Shown here piece by piece: positions 1-47,877 of a stretch of 64,000 nt of DNA. The translations under genes were made by a program, and so were the position numbers. The first letter of the stretch is position 1. Every line of letters starts with the position of its first letter. The notes below the pieces were generated by a model. That model was not told where the DNA came from. It ran no database searches and saw only the letters and a program-made list of their open reading frames with translations. The stretch is from the human T2T-CHM13v2.0 reference genome, Homo sapiens: NCBI RefSeq assembly GCF_009914755.1, contig NC_060925.1; one strand, written 5' to 3'.

Positions 1-745
1 GAATGGGGTAGAGGCTCCTAAATCCCAGAGGATGGGAACCACAGCAGGCACACTTCTTTTTTGATAGAAATGTCAAAAAGGTACAAATAAAGCTGATATA
101 ATTTAAAAAAAAAAACTTCACTGTGCAAAATACTGACACTACCAAGATGTTTAAGACAGTCTTTGCCCTATAGAGGTGTGTGAGGCATGGAAGTCAGACA
201 CACAGATATTTACAGATAAAGACAGAAACGGTAACAGGTGTGCATGGAGAGCTCTCTGAGATGAGGAGGGACCATTCGTGGGTGGGGAATTATCCAGGAT
301 GGCTTCACAGAGGAAAAAGTGAGGGGGGTTATTAGCCAGTGAAGTGCAGGGCACAAGAGGGTGGGACACTGGCAGTGGGATGACAGGACTGGAGGGAGGG
401 AGTGGTCAGTGCGGCTCCTCTGCAGCGTCCCTTGTTTCATCATCAGATGCAGATGGTAATAACTGTTCTTCCTTCCTCACAAGACAGGGAGGTTTGTAAA
501 GTCGTTCAAAAACCAAAGTGTTGTACAAAGCCATATCCTCAGTGGACACAAGGAGGAAGCTGTCCATGGTGTGGCCTCATGAACCACATCAAATGAGATT
601 TAGCGGGAGTGGCACACACAGTCATGACCTGACTAATCCCAGCTCTCAGCCCATTTCCTTGCCTGGAAAATGGAGGCAATGCCACAACCTCAAAGGGTGG
701 TTACTGCAGTCAGTGAGGTAAGTGCAGTGCCTGACCACTTGGTAG

Positions 746-1450
<705 letters not shown>

Positions 1451-2024
1451 CCTCCAGTAATTAAGTACAGTCTCAGTGAGACAGCAAGTTTGGAATCCTG
1501 GCTACACCATTTACTGGCTGTTTGACTTTCAATAAATCAATCACTCTAAGCCTCTGTTTCATCTATAAAAGGGGAGTGATAACTCCTACCTCACAGAATT
1601 GTTGTGAGGTTTGAGTGTGATAATGTGTCTCTAGTACACTGCTTGACACTAAACATTGCAACATGTCAGGCCTCTGTTCCTGGAGTTCCTTGAAGGAATG
1701 TCTTATGCATTCTAAGTATCCTCGTAGATAGCCTGGCACAGGGGTAGCTGTCAAGTTGTAGAATTGAACTAGTTGCTTCACTATGTCAGTAGCCACCCCT
1801 TCCAGACTTCTCACTTTTCAAGGAAACATTGCACAGGATTTGTTCTGGGTAGGGCAGGTAATATCTAGTACCTTACTTCCCTCAAGTTCATTCATCTCAC
1901 AGATATTTCCTGAGCACATTCTACATTTGCCTCTCCTGCTCTATTGAGTTTAGAAGTCCAAACATCTCCTTCCACTTCCCCTCTGCATAGTGAGCCTCTT
2001 CTTTTTTGGCCAGGTACTGAGCAA

Positions 2025-2433
2025 TTTTTTGTTTGTTTGTTTGAGACAGGGTCTCCGTATGTTGCCCTGGATGGAGTGTAGTAGCTTGATTTCGGCTCAG
2101 TGCAACCTCTGCCTCCAGAATAAGCAATCCTCCCACCTCAGCCTCCAGAATAGCTGGGACTATAGGCGCACACCACCACACCTGGCTAATTTCTGTATTT
2201 TTTGTAGAGACGGGGTCTTACTGTGTTGCGCAGGTTGGTCTCAAACTCCTAAACTCAAAGGATCCTCCCGCCTTGGCTTTGCAAAGTGCTGGGATTACAG
2301 GGTGAGGCACTGCGCCCAGTCCGCTTGTTTTTTGTTTTGTTTTTTTTTTTGAGACGGAGTATCTCTGTCACCCAGGCTGGAGTGCAGTGGCACGATCTCG
2401 GTTCACTGCAACCTCCGCCTCCTAGGTTCAAGC
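2025..2433 (-). mobile_element. AluJ-like element plus a short Alu 3' fragment
   Basis: Antisense Alu at 2040-2317 and a fragment at 2349-2433. Confidence 0.85.
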
Positions 2434-2674
2434 GGAGGGTAGGGACCAGTCCATCCTGGCACCCATCTGCAGCTCCAGTGCGAATCCCAACCCCGACGCT
2501 CGTCGCCGGGCTCCGTGAATGTTTGTCACATGTCTGAAGAACGTATGAATTACATAACCTTCTTCCCACTCCACCCCTCAAAAAGCAAGTGGATATAAAG
2601 ACTTGAAGATTTTATAATCTCTTCTTCATTAGTAAAATCTGACCATCCTTACCGTTAAAAATAATAATGATGGT

Positions 2675-2990
<316 letters not shown>

Positions 2991-3063
2991 GTGAAAAAGG
3001 TTAAGTGCGAACGCAGGGAGGGGACAGCTAAGATCCAAAGGTCGAAATATTCATTACGCCTAC

Positions 3064-3420
3064 CGTCGGCGAAGAGAAACAGCAGCCCCAACCGGAGGCA
3101 AAACGAAATCCCACCGCAGCCTGCAAAGGCGCCTGGGCGGGACTGGAGACTGGGGCCCCGCGCAGTAAGACTCTGAAGGCAGGATGCAGCCCGACCACCC
3201 GCAGCCGCGAGAAAAGCAGCCCTGGGGAGTCGGGGCGGGGCCTGGATTGGAAAAGAGACGGTCACTCATGCAGAGGCGGGACTCAGAGCCCTTCCTCAAG
3301 TCTCATTGGTCAAGTTGAACGAACAAGTGTCGCTGGCGAGCCGGAGAGAGAGAGAGAGCGAGAGCGAGAGAGCGAGCGAGAGAGAGCGAGAGAGCGAGAG
3401 AGCGAGCGAGAGAGAGAGAG
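3064..3420 (-). other. GBA1: GBA1 upstream non-coding first exon (distal promoter transcript); coding exons lie left of the window
   Basis: The minus strand matches my recollection of the GBA1 long 5'UTR (...GGGGCTGCTGTTTCTCTTCGCCGACG) and is followed by donor ACG|GTAGGC at 3064/3063. CpG-rich and directly downstream of ENTREP3, as expected at 1q22. The 5' end is approximate. Confidence 0.8.
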
Positions 3421-3480
3421 AGAGAGAGAGGAGCCGGCGCGAGAACTACGCATGCGTGTCGGCGTTTTCCCGCCAGCACA
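3225..3480 (-). promoter_or_regulatory. GBA1 distal CpG-island promoter (GC box, CCAAT, NRF1-like palindrome)
   Basis: GGGGCGGGG at about 3232-3240, ATTGG at 3246-3250 and palindrome ACGCATGCGT at 3447-3456. Confidence 0.6.
3344..3432. repeat. Compound (GA)n/(GAGC)n microsatellite
   Basis: About 90 bp of gagagaga/gagc units, seen directly. Confidence 0.95.
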
Positions 3481-3839
3481 CTGTTGGTGGATGGGGGCGA
3501 TTGAATTCCCACAGTGAGTCCAGCCCACCGAAGCTCAGAGGATTCCTAACCTTCCTCTTTAGAGAGCCTCAGGTTAGGGAACGTCCAGTGCGCAGAAGCT
3601 GCCCCGTGGGAATCCCATTGTCCATCGCCTCCTAATGTTTCGTCCTGGCCGTGCCCTATCCCTTCCTGAGGCTGGGTTGTTATGATGCTGAATTATTCAA
3701 GAAGTCTTGCAGCCTGACGCCATCTCTGGGCAGTGCTCCTCCCACCTCCCTGTCTTCCTTGGAGGGCACCACGTTGCCCCTACAAGCACAGGGTCCTGAA
3801 GCTGTTTACAGGGCCCCACCCTGCCACTTTAGTATCTTA

Positions 3840-5100
3840 ACGAATGTTTGTTGAGGACCTACTGAGTGTTAGACCCACTGCAATGAGCAAGTTTCTGATC
3901 TTGGGACCTTAACATTCTATGGGACGACACAGATATATAAACAAAAATAATAATTTTAGATAGTGATACATGCTGAAACCATGGGTATGTGGCCAGGCGC
4001 GGTGAGTCACACCTGTAATCCCAGCACTTTGGGAGACCGAGGCAGGCGGATTACTTGAGGTCAGGAGTTTGAGACCCGCCTGGCCAACATGGTGAAACCC
4101 TATCTCTTCTAAAAATACAAAATTTAGCTGGGCGGGCATGGGGACGGGCGCCTGTAATCCCAGCTACTCGGGAGGCTGAGGCAGGAGAATTGCTTGAACC
4201 CAGGAGGTGGAAGGTTGCAGTGAGCCCAAATCACACCACTGCACTCCAGCCTGGGTAACAAAGCAAGACCCTGTCTCAAAAAAAGACAAAATGAAACAAA
4301 CAAACAAAAAAAAACATGGCTATGTGATAGAATGACTGCGATGGGGATTGGGTGCTCACTGAAATGGTGAGAATGGAGCTAAAACCTGATATTAGGTGAT
4401 AGCACCAGATATAGGGGCCAAGGGTTTCATGCTTGGAAAACAGCAGGTGCAAACGTCCTTGTGCTGTGAGGAAATTTGGCTGGAACAGAAGGTGGGCCAG
4501 ATTGTAGCTGACCATAGTCTCTGGGAGTTTGGAGATGATTCTAAATACAATGGGAAGCCATTAAATTGAGGCAGAGCCTTGATGTGACGTGCTTTATCAT
4601 CATTTTGCTGAGTGGAGAATGGATTGCTGGGAAAAGTGAAAGACTGATTCAGAGGTTGTGGAGAGAGGATGGCTGGAGCTAGGTAGCTGGGGAGGTGGTG
4701 GGATGTGGATGAATTCAGGATAGGATTGGTTGTGTTGGATATGGGAAAAGAAGTCACCATGGTTCCTGAGCTTTTGGAATGTGCAAATGGGTAATGGAGG
4801 TGCCATTGAGATGGGAACAGTGGAAAAATAACCGGTGCTGGGGTGGGAATCAAGAGTTCAGTTGTGGCCATGTTGAATCTGAAATGCCCATTAGACATCC
4901 AAGCAGACATGCTGAGTTGGATGGCGCTCATGGGAGGTCAAGGCTGGAGTTATGGATTAACACATAGAAAGATGGTATTTAAAGCCATGGACTTTAGTAG
5001 TAGGGCCACCTATAGAAAGAGTGGAGGTAGGAAAGAGGGCTTAGGTGAGGGCCCTGGGGCCCTCCAATGTTAAGCAGTTCAGCAGGACAAAGTAGAAGAG
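3840..5100. mobile_element. Degenerate L2 fragments interrupted by an Alu (+, 3991-4312)
   Basis: L2-like motifs (gagttcagttgtggccatgttgaatctgaaatgccc); the Alu matches consensus. Confidence 0.65.
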
Positions 5101-5397
5101 CCAATATTTCCCTTTTCAAAGGGACAAATTCAAGAAGATGCTGATTATGGGTATTAATTGCTGCCTCGAGGTCAAGTGAGATGCAGGCAGAGAAATGGTC
5201 ACTGGGTCTGACACCACTGTGGTCACTGGAAAGTTTGGTCAGAGCAGTGGCTGTGGAAAGATAGGGGAAGGAGTCTGATGGGGGTGGGTGAGGAGAGAAT
5301 GGATGTTTAACAGTGGAGGGAAGAAAAAGAAAACCTATTGCTGTGAAAAGGAGGAGCAGAGTTACAATTAGTGGTTGGAAAGAGTGTCTTGAAAGTT

Positions 5398-5704
<307 letters not shown>

Positions 5705-5791
5705 TGAAAGAGTTTTCTTAAATATGAGAGACACTAGAACAAATTTCACTGGTGACAGAGAATGATCAAGAAAACAAGGGGAAAACTGAAA

Positions 5792-5797
5792 TTTATT
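5792..5797 (-). terminator. ENTREP3 poly(A) signal AATAAA
   Basis: TTTATT on the + strand about 550 nt past the stop codon. Confidence 0.75.
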
Positions 5798-6339
5798 GAA
5801 GGCTTACATACTGTTAAGAGCTTTACAAACATTCTACCTTCACAGTCTTTAATGGAGCAGGCAATTGGGGTTACATAGCTTGCCCAAGGTCATGCAGCTA
5901 GAGGTGGCAGAGCTGAGAGGCCACCTAGATTTTTTGGACTCTTCGTGCCTGCCTTACCACCCCATTGCATAGGCACACGTCACCCTGTACTTAAACACCT
6001 GGGCCATGCCTTTGCCCTGACCATAGTGCCCTTGCAAATCAGAAAGAGCCACTCTCATTCTGAGGGGGACAAGAATTTGTTTTCCTCCTCCAGTGCTATA
6101 AGAAGGGGCATCTCCCCCACAGTCTAAATACCCATGCAGCACAGGACAGAAGCTCTCCCAGTCCAGAGCAGCAGAGGCAAGCAGCAAGAGACCCCAGAGG
6201 TAGGAGGGAAAGGGACACTTTGGGGGGTATACAGCAGGTTTCTTTTTGTGCCAGCCAGTGCAAGAGGATGCTGGGGGCTGCTGGTCCCAACCAGCTGGTG
6301 CCTGTGGCTGGATGTGTTCAGTGTGACAAGAAGCCTAGG

Positions 6340-13435
<7,096 letters not shown>

Positions 13436-13439
13436 GCCT

Positions 13440-14460
13440 GCTGCCCGGTTGCCTGCGCCTCGCTCGGCCCTCCCTGGCACTTGGGAGCATCTCAGAGGCG
13501 CCCAAGGCCCCGTCCTTTCTCCTCTCCACCCCACTCGCTCTAGAGCCCACCCCCTGGCTGGGTCCCCTGGGGCATGGCCGAGGGACGCCAGCTGTGGGGG
13601 GGGCCAAGCGAGGGGCGTCACGGAGGGACCGCGGAGTGCTCCCTCCCCACCACGGGCACTGGACGGGCACCGTGCCCGGGGCGACGATGAGGACGCGGGG
13701 GCACCGGCTCATCGCATCTCCCTAGGGAAGAGGGGCACCGAGAAGGGCCGGTCCAGGAGTGAGGAGGGGGCGGCGGCCTGGAGCCCAGGGAGGGGTGGGG
13801 AGGGTAAAAGCGGGAAGGATGGAAATAAGTCTAGAGAAGAGGGGAGGGGTCGGCGTGGGGTGACTCTAGAGGCGCGGTCGGTGTGCCCTCAGGGCGTCCA
13901 GTAGGATCCGGGGCCGCCTGGTGGGGAGAGGCCGCGGCGCCGCTGTCTCCTGTGTCGCCTGTCCCGCTCCCCTCCCCACCACGCTCCGCTCCCCGAGCTC
14001 CGGCTGCCGCAGGTCGGGGACTAGAGAAGGGGGATGGGAATGGGGATGGTGCGGGAAGGAGGGGCATGGCGGCGAGGGCCGGCGCGGTGCACCCCGGGAG
14101 TTGTAGTTCGGGACTGAGACCCTGTCGGGGTTGGGGGATCCCGCGGCAGGGCGAGGCAGTCGGATAAGCGCTCCTCCAGTCCCTGCCTCGCTCTGGACCC
14201 TGGCTAGGCTGCTAGTGATCCTTTGGGCCTCCACTTGAGCCCCATCCAGCTTTTCAGGCTCCAGGCCCGCGTATTCCTTGGCGTTCCCGGCAGAGGCGGT
14301 GGCTCTTCCCCGTCATTAATGGAGAGGGGTGGGGAGCAGGGCTCCCTGGCGTCTCCGGGTTTCGCGTTTCCGTGGACTTCCCACCTCCTTCCTGCGCCAG
14401 CCACTCGGGCTCCACCGCCCCGCCCCTCATATCTCCCAGTTTACACTAAAGCCGGGTCCG
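13440..14460 (-). promoter_or_regulatory. ENTREP3 CpG-island promoter/5' leader with a ZNF143-type motif
   Basis: GC/CpG-rich; GAACTACAACTCCCGGG on the minus strand at 14093-14109; GC boxes near 14415. Confidence 0.7.
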
Positions 14461-14560
14461 ACCTTCCCACCTCACTCCACACTCTCCTTTCTCTTTCATA
14501 AGGCCTAATTCCCAATGAAGATTCAGGAAACGGGGATGTCAGTTCCAGTTCCACTTTCTT

Positions 14561-14566
14561 TTTATT
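14561..14566 (-). terminator. SCAMP3 poly(A) signal AATAAA
   Basis: TTTATT on the + strand about 265 nt past the stop codon. Confidence 0.8.
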
Positions 14567-14830
14567 TAAATAACCGAAGCAACAGCCGTGGCACAGCAGA
14601 GGGAAGCTGGGTTGGGGCGTGTGAGAGGTGGCAGCAGTGTGGCCTGATGGGGGGACTAGGTCACAGTGAACTCCCCACACGCCTGTCAGGTTCAGCAGTC
14701 ATGGCCATAGGATTGGGAGCACTACGGAGGAGCCATCAGTTAGTGATGTCTCTCCAAGTCCCAGAGACCTTAGGGACGGGAGCTAAGTCAGCTCCCTCAA
14801 GTAGCAGGGCCAGGGCATCCCAGTCAGGGG

Positions 14831-21100
<6,270 letters not shown>

Positions 21101-21451
21101 CCAGGTTGAGCACGTTTTCAACCTGAGTTTCTGGCTCTATACTGGGCCGCGGCCTAATGACTCTAGGAGTCAGATCTTTCCCAACTCTCATAATTCCACA
21201 TCCGAGAAGTGCCACCTCATAACACTTCTCTGTTTTAATCTGAAAGAAATGCTGCCCCACCCATCACTACCCTCCCATATGATAAGGTGGACAGGGGAAA
21301 TAAACTGGTAGCCTGGCTGTGCTTCATTTTGGAGGGTAAGGAGGACTCCCTTCATACCCAAACTCAGAAAGTTTGCCAATAGTTTCATCCCTCCACCCCA
21401 GCATTCCCAAACCTCCAACTCCAGGGATGGGGGTCAAATGAAGCACGTTAT

Positions 21452-21457
21452 TTTATT
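21452..21457 (-). terminator. CLK2 poly(A) signal AATAAA
   Basis: TTTATT on the + strand about 320 nt past the stop codon. Confidence 0.8.
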
Positions 21458-21777
21458 TCACAAAGACTGTACAAAATTCCTTATAAAACATGGGGTAGAT
21501 GCCACCTGGTTACCTCACTCGGCCCCCATCCAACTCCGTATGAGGGGGCAGGTGAGGGTGGAAACTGTGTGGATGGAATAGTATTATGTACAAGGCAGGG
21601 GTTGAAGTGATAGGTACAAGTTCTTTCATATTTACACTATTTCACATATTCACAGGTATATAGAGAGCCAGGAGGAAGGAGTGAACTCTGGCTCGTTCTC
21701 TTGTATAAAAAAGCACCAGTGTCCTGGACTGGACACCCACTGCTATAAAAGATGCAGGGGGGCCCAGGGCCTGATCG

Positions 21778-29537
<7,760 letters not shown>

Positions 29538-29621
29538 CTGGAAGGCAAGGGAAAGCGGAAATAGGAAAGTTTCGAGTTTTCAGAAATCTCCTCCAAGGAC
29601 TGGCTGCTCCAAAGATGCTAA

Positions 29622-30875
<1,254 letters not shown>

Positions 30876-31699
30876 AGTAAGTGGTTTTTAATTAATATCA
30901 GCCCTACTTAGCTGACAGCTGGCCACCTTCCAGTTAATGGAATTGGAATGGGATGGTTCACAAATCCTTTTTTTCCTTCAAGGAAAAAAGAGAAAAATCA
31001 CTGTCACAATCCAGGAAGATGAGAATAGGAAGGCACAATAAAATGAAACAGGCCCAGGGACATAAGTCTTGGTGGGGGTGTATGAGAATCGCGTATGCAA
31101 AAGGTTTAATGATTCCGATGTCTGACCACCATTCTGTATCACTTCTTCCCAACCTCCCCAAATTGAGGAGGGTGGTATTTGATGCATTCTTGGTGTAACT
31201 GGGGCCGGTAGCATACCAAGCTGCAAGCACAAGATTTTCCCAGCATAGTTATCCTAATCAGCATAGCCACATAAATGCCATCTCACCACATACTACCATC
31301 AAACGGCCTCACAGCACTGTCCCCTCAAAACATCACTAGCCTACCTTTCTCAAGTTTGAAATCTTTTGCTTTTTCCTTTCTTACTCAGAAAATCCAGAAC
31401 TCCTACAGGCAAATTCTTCCTGCATGTTCCAAGTGACACGGTGATGTATTCCTCCCCTCCAGCTTTGATTGGACCCGAGTCCAACTTTGATATTCCACTC
31501 CTTCACATCTCTGGAACCACTCCCATCCTTACTCTATCATCCCTTCTAGTCTGGTTCCGCCCAAGCTTCCTACAGGTCTTCTTGGTACATCTAACGCAGG
31601 CCGACCTCCTTCCCCCTCATCTCCCTACTCCGTCGCTTCGTAGGTCTCAACTCTCCTCCTCTCCAAATCTCGCCCCCGTCCCTTGCCCCCAACCCAAGC

Positions 31700-32270
31700 C
31701 TAACCCCGCCCGCCCCGCGGTCGCCATCTTTTCGCGCGGCCAGCCAACCCGCGCGCTCACCGTTCTGGCGGCGAGGCCCGTGCGCTTGTCCCACAGGAAG
31801 TCCGTGATGGCGGCGACACTGCGGCCGGAGTCCCGGCACCCCCGCGGCGACGAAATGCTGCTCCACCCCCCCAACCCGGGACCCTGGGACCTCCCGCCCC
31901 GTTCCCGGGCTCCGCTTCAGTCCCGCCCGCCCCGGCTCCGTCCCCGCCCCTAAGATCTGCTTGGCGCCGCTCGCACCGCCCCCGCCCGGGGCCCGATCCC
32001 AGCTCGGTCTCCGGCTCTGGCCTCTCCGCTCCGCCGCCGCCGCCGTGAGCGAGCACGTACGCACGGACCGACGTCCTGCGTCGCTTCCCAGCTACCCCCT
32101 GGGCTCCGCCCCCAGGACCGCGCGCGCCACCACGTGCTCACGTAGTTGGCAGGCATCCGCCTGTCAGAGCCTCGGAGGTACTGGGGGCGGAAGTTCATAG
32201 GGGCGAGGAGGGTCCACAGGGACAAGCTGGAAGCCTTCCAGGCCCGCTATGCCCCGCCTCCTGTCCTTTC
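31700..32270 (-). promoter_or_regulatory. CLK2 CpG-island promoter (E-box, ETS, YY1-like sites)
   Basis: CACGTG at 32131-32136, GGCGGAAG near 32186 and CGCCATCTT at about 31723. Confidence 0.7.
31761..32050 (-). other. CLK2: CLK2 non-coding exon 1 in a CpG island
   Basis: Donor ACG|GTGAGC at 31761/31760; exon 2 begins directly with the ATG. The 5' end is approximate. Confidence 0.8.
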
Positions 32271-32656
32271 CCACTCCGTCTTCAATCTTTTACCCTTTGC
32301 ATGGAGACGTGTGGCTTAGTTAGGTTTGGAGTTTAAAAGAAAGGATTGTCATTGTCAATACAGTGTCGCTGCTCTGCAAGCCTGACTGTAGTGAGGCTTG
32401 ATGGTGAAGTCTCATTCTTCTGCATAGCCTGAAAATAACCATTTCTTAAAACACTTCACCTACCTATCCCCAGGACAAAAGTCTGCCACCTTTTGTCATC
32501 AACAAAAGTTATGCACGACTCGGGGTGGGGACACAGCCATGGAGGAAAGGTTTGAGCAATGGAGGGTTGGAGAATCGGGTGCCGAAAAGGGGGACTTACT
32601 TGAGAACTGTATCCTAAGGTGGCTTACATAATGTGTGAGAAATACAAGTTTACTAG

Positions 32657-34365
<1,709 letters not shown>

Positions 34366-34544
34366 TCAGGAAATATTAGAGAGGAGCTGGATGAAGGATG
34401 GTCAGATGGAGGTTAGATCAGATAACCAGACATAGTTTAGAGAAGTTCCCTGGAATAGAACATGGAGAGCAATCAATGAAGGAGTCGGGGAGAGAGAAGT
34501 AAAGATTTCACTTCCACCTCCTGGAACATTTTCCTAGATTATTA

Positions 34545-35400
34545 ATTCATTCAACAAGCATTTACTGAATGTCCACTATGTGTCCAGAATTATGCCAGGT
34601 GCAAGGTTCCTGTTTCTCAGAGTTTCACAATCTAACAGGAGAGAAAATCTGTAAATAAATAATGAGACCATGCTCATGCCTGTAATCCTAGCACTTTGGG
34701 AAGCCAAGGCAGGAAGATCACTTGAGCTCTGAGTTCAAAACCAGCCTGGGCAACATAGTGTGACCTCATCTCTAAAATAATAATAATAATGGTAGCCCTG
34801 TGACATGAGTTGCTCAAAACAGTGGTGCCCTGGCTGCTGTAAAAAAGCTCTAGAATAGACCCTACCTGAGGAAAGGAGAGTTGGAAATGTGTTCCTAGGT
34901 TTCCTAGAGAAAGCAAGATCTGAACCAACTGTTCGAAAGTGAATTGGAGGAGAATACCAGGCAGAGAAAATATTTGCAAAAGCATAGAGACAAGGCAGCA
35001 CAAAGTCTTTCAGCATGATTGGGGCTGTGGCTTTCAAGAGAGGGACTGTCAGAAGAGAGACTGTTGAAACTAGGTCCAAATTTTTTGGGCCTGGTACACC
35101 ATGCTAAGCAGCTTAAATGTACCCCTGTAGAAGATGGGAAAGCTTGATGGGCTTCAAGCAAGTGACACAGCCATAGTTGGATTTTAGGAAGGTAACTGGC
35201 AGGGAATGGAAGAAGAATTGGCCTGGAAGAGGTTGAAGACTCTTTTAGAGGTTTCCGAAGTAATTTAAGTGAAAAAATGCTGAGGGCTTGAAATGAGGCA
35301 GTGGTAATAAGAATTGGAGATGAAGGGGAGAATTTGAGATATTTAGGAATTTGTAGCACTTCGCATAGCACTGCAATTTACCTGTCTGTCGTTGGGCACA
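34545..35400. mobile_element. Degenerate L2 with an Alu monomer at about 34670-34790
   Basis: cattcaacaagcatttactgaatg L2 terminus-like motif and downstream L2-like sequence. Confidence 0.6.
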
Positions 35401-35759
35401 GATGAGCAGTGGCTTTATGGCTAGGCCTTTGTTTTTGTTTTGTTTTGTGTTGTTTTCCATTACTACATGGAGATGCTAAGACTAGGACTTTTGTATTCAT
35501 TTTTGTTTCCTCAGCATCCACTCAATGACAGGCAGAGTTGCACTTGGTGAAGGCTGACAGAATGAATTAGGAAATTAAATACTAGGGGAAGCAGTTCGGA
35601 GGAGACCAAAAGACAAGAATATGCCTAGGACAGTGTTGAGAGAAGACGGGAGCAGGACAGAAGTCCCTGGGCGAGAGTGGAGAAGAATCCCAAAAGCCAT
35701 TTCCACTTCTTCCATTGGTCCCCAATCCCTCTCCCTCCCAAGTCCTTCAAGCTACAAAC

Positions 35760-36150
35760 CCGCGTCCGATTTTCCCGCCACTGCAGGGGGCTCCTCCTCC
35801 CTGGTTCTCAGTGGATGAAAGGCCAACGCTAGGCCACGCCCTCTCCCTGGCTCAGGCTGCGCTCCCCGCCTTCTTTGCTAAGCCACGCCCCTCTCGGAGT
35901 TCCTCCAGGATCCCGGCGTCCCAGCCCCGCCCGGTCTTGGCGCGGCCCTCGCCAGGGGGCGCCGCGCAGCCCGCCCGCCGCCCGCCAGTCTAGCACACAC
36001 CCCCTCCGCCCCGCGCGCCGGCGATTCCGAGCCTACGACGCCTCCGCTAGAGCCCGCGGGGCTGCGCCGACTCCTGCTCTGGAGGGGTTGCGGGTACCTG
36101 ATGGCCACAGAGGGCTCTAGGAGGCCGAGCGTGTAAGCGGGGTGGGCGCC
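35760..36150 (+). promoter_or_regulatory. HCN3 CpG-island promoter with two CTCF-like motifs
   Basis: TCGCCAGGGGGCGC at 35949-35962 and CTGCAGGGGGCTC at 35781-35793; GC-rich and TATA-less. Confidence 0.65.
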
Positions 36151-47024
<10,874 letters not shown>

Positions 47025-47845
47025 AACCTTTGAGTACATCCAGCCTTAGTTCTTGGGGTGCAGTAGTATGTACCCAAGGGCAGATGCCTCTTGGGGAAGG
47101 CCATGGGGACCTGAAACATTGCCCCATGGAAATGTCGACCCTGTGCGGACATTCCGCATACTGCCATGAAGACGGTCTCTGTGTCCTCAGCTCAAGAATC
47201 CTGTAGCTTGTCCCATCATAATCCATTCACCCGTTCATCATGTGTACTGAGCAGCTACCATGTTCAAGGTAATATGCCAGGCGCTGTATGTCTCCACTGC
47301 CAAGTAGAAGTGACTCAAAACCCTCTGACAAGGATATTCCCTTGGCTATGGTCCTGCCAGGTGCAGGCCCAGGCCCATGACCCCACCTTTACTAAGCACA
47401 AGTACTTGCCACTGCCATCACTGCCAAGTAACTAGATGTCTCTGTTTCCCTGCCAATGATCCTGCAGGTTCTGCCCGGTCTGGTTATCTTCCTGTTCCTG
47501 TAGCATAGCCAGGCACTGCCAATCACCTGTGCCCCCATTGCTGTCAGCAGATGTCTTGGGTCCTGAGTGTGGGTATCCACTTTTACCCGCTCACTGCCAC
47601 CTGTGGACACTCTGTGTCTACCCTCTGAGTGGGAACATACTTCTAAGTTCCCTGCAGTCTCTGTCCTGTGGTAGACCATCTTTTTGTAAACTGCGAGCTT
47701 CCTCTTCCCTGTACCCTCTGCCCCAGTCGTGACCCCCTAAAAGTTAAGGGGTAGTTGGCACCTCCTTATTAATATGCCAGCCTAGATCCCCCCCGGTGGA
47801 GGGGCAAATGGCTGAATCCTTGTGTGATATTTTTTTCTTCGCTTG

Positions 47846-47877
47846 TTTATTTATTCATTTATTTAATTGTATTTATT
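47846..47877 (-). terminator. Cluster of four AATAAA signals, probable PKLR poly(A) site
   Basis: TTTATT on the + strand at 47846, 47850, 47858 and 47872; the first canonical minus-strand signals I found after the PKLR stop. Confidence 0.65.

Noticed and set aside
47099-47158. Two small hairpins in the HCN3 3'UTR
   Set aside because: Stems of 6-8 bp in GC-rich sequence are expected by chance; no miRNA or snoRNA features.
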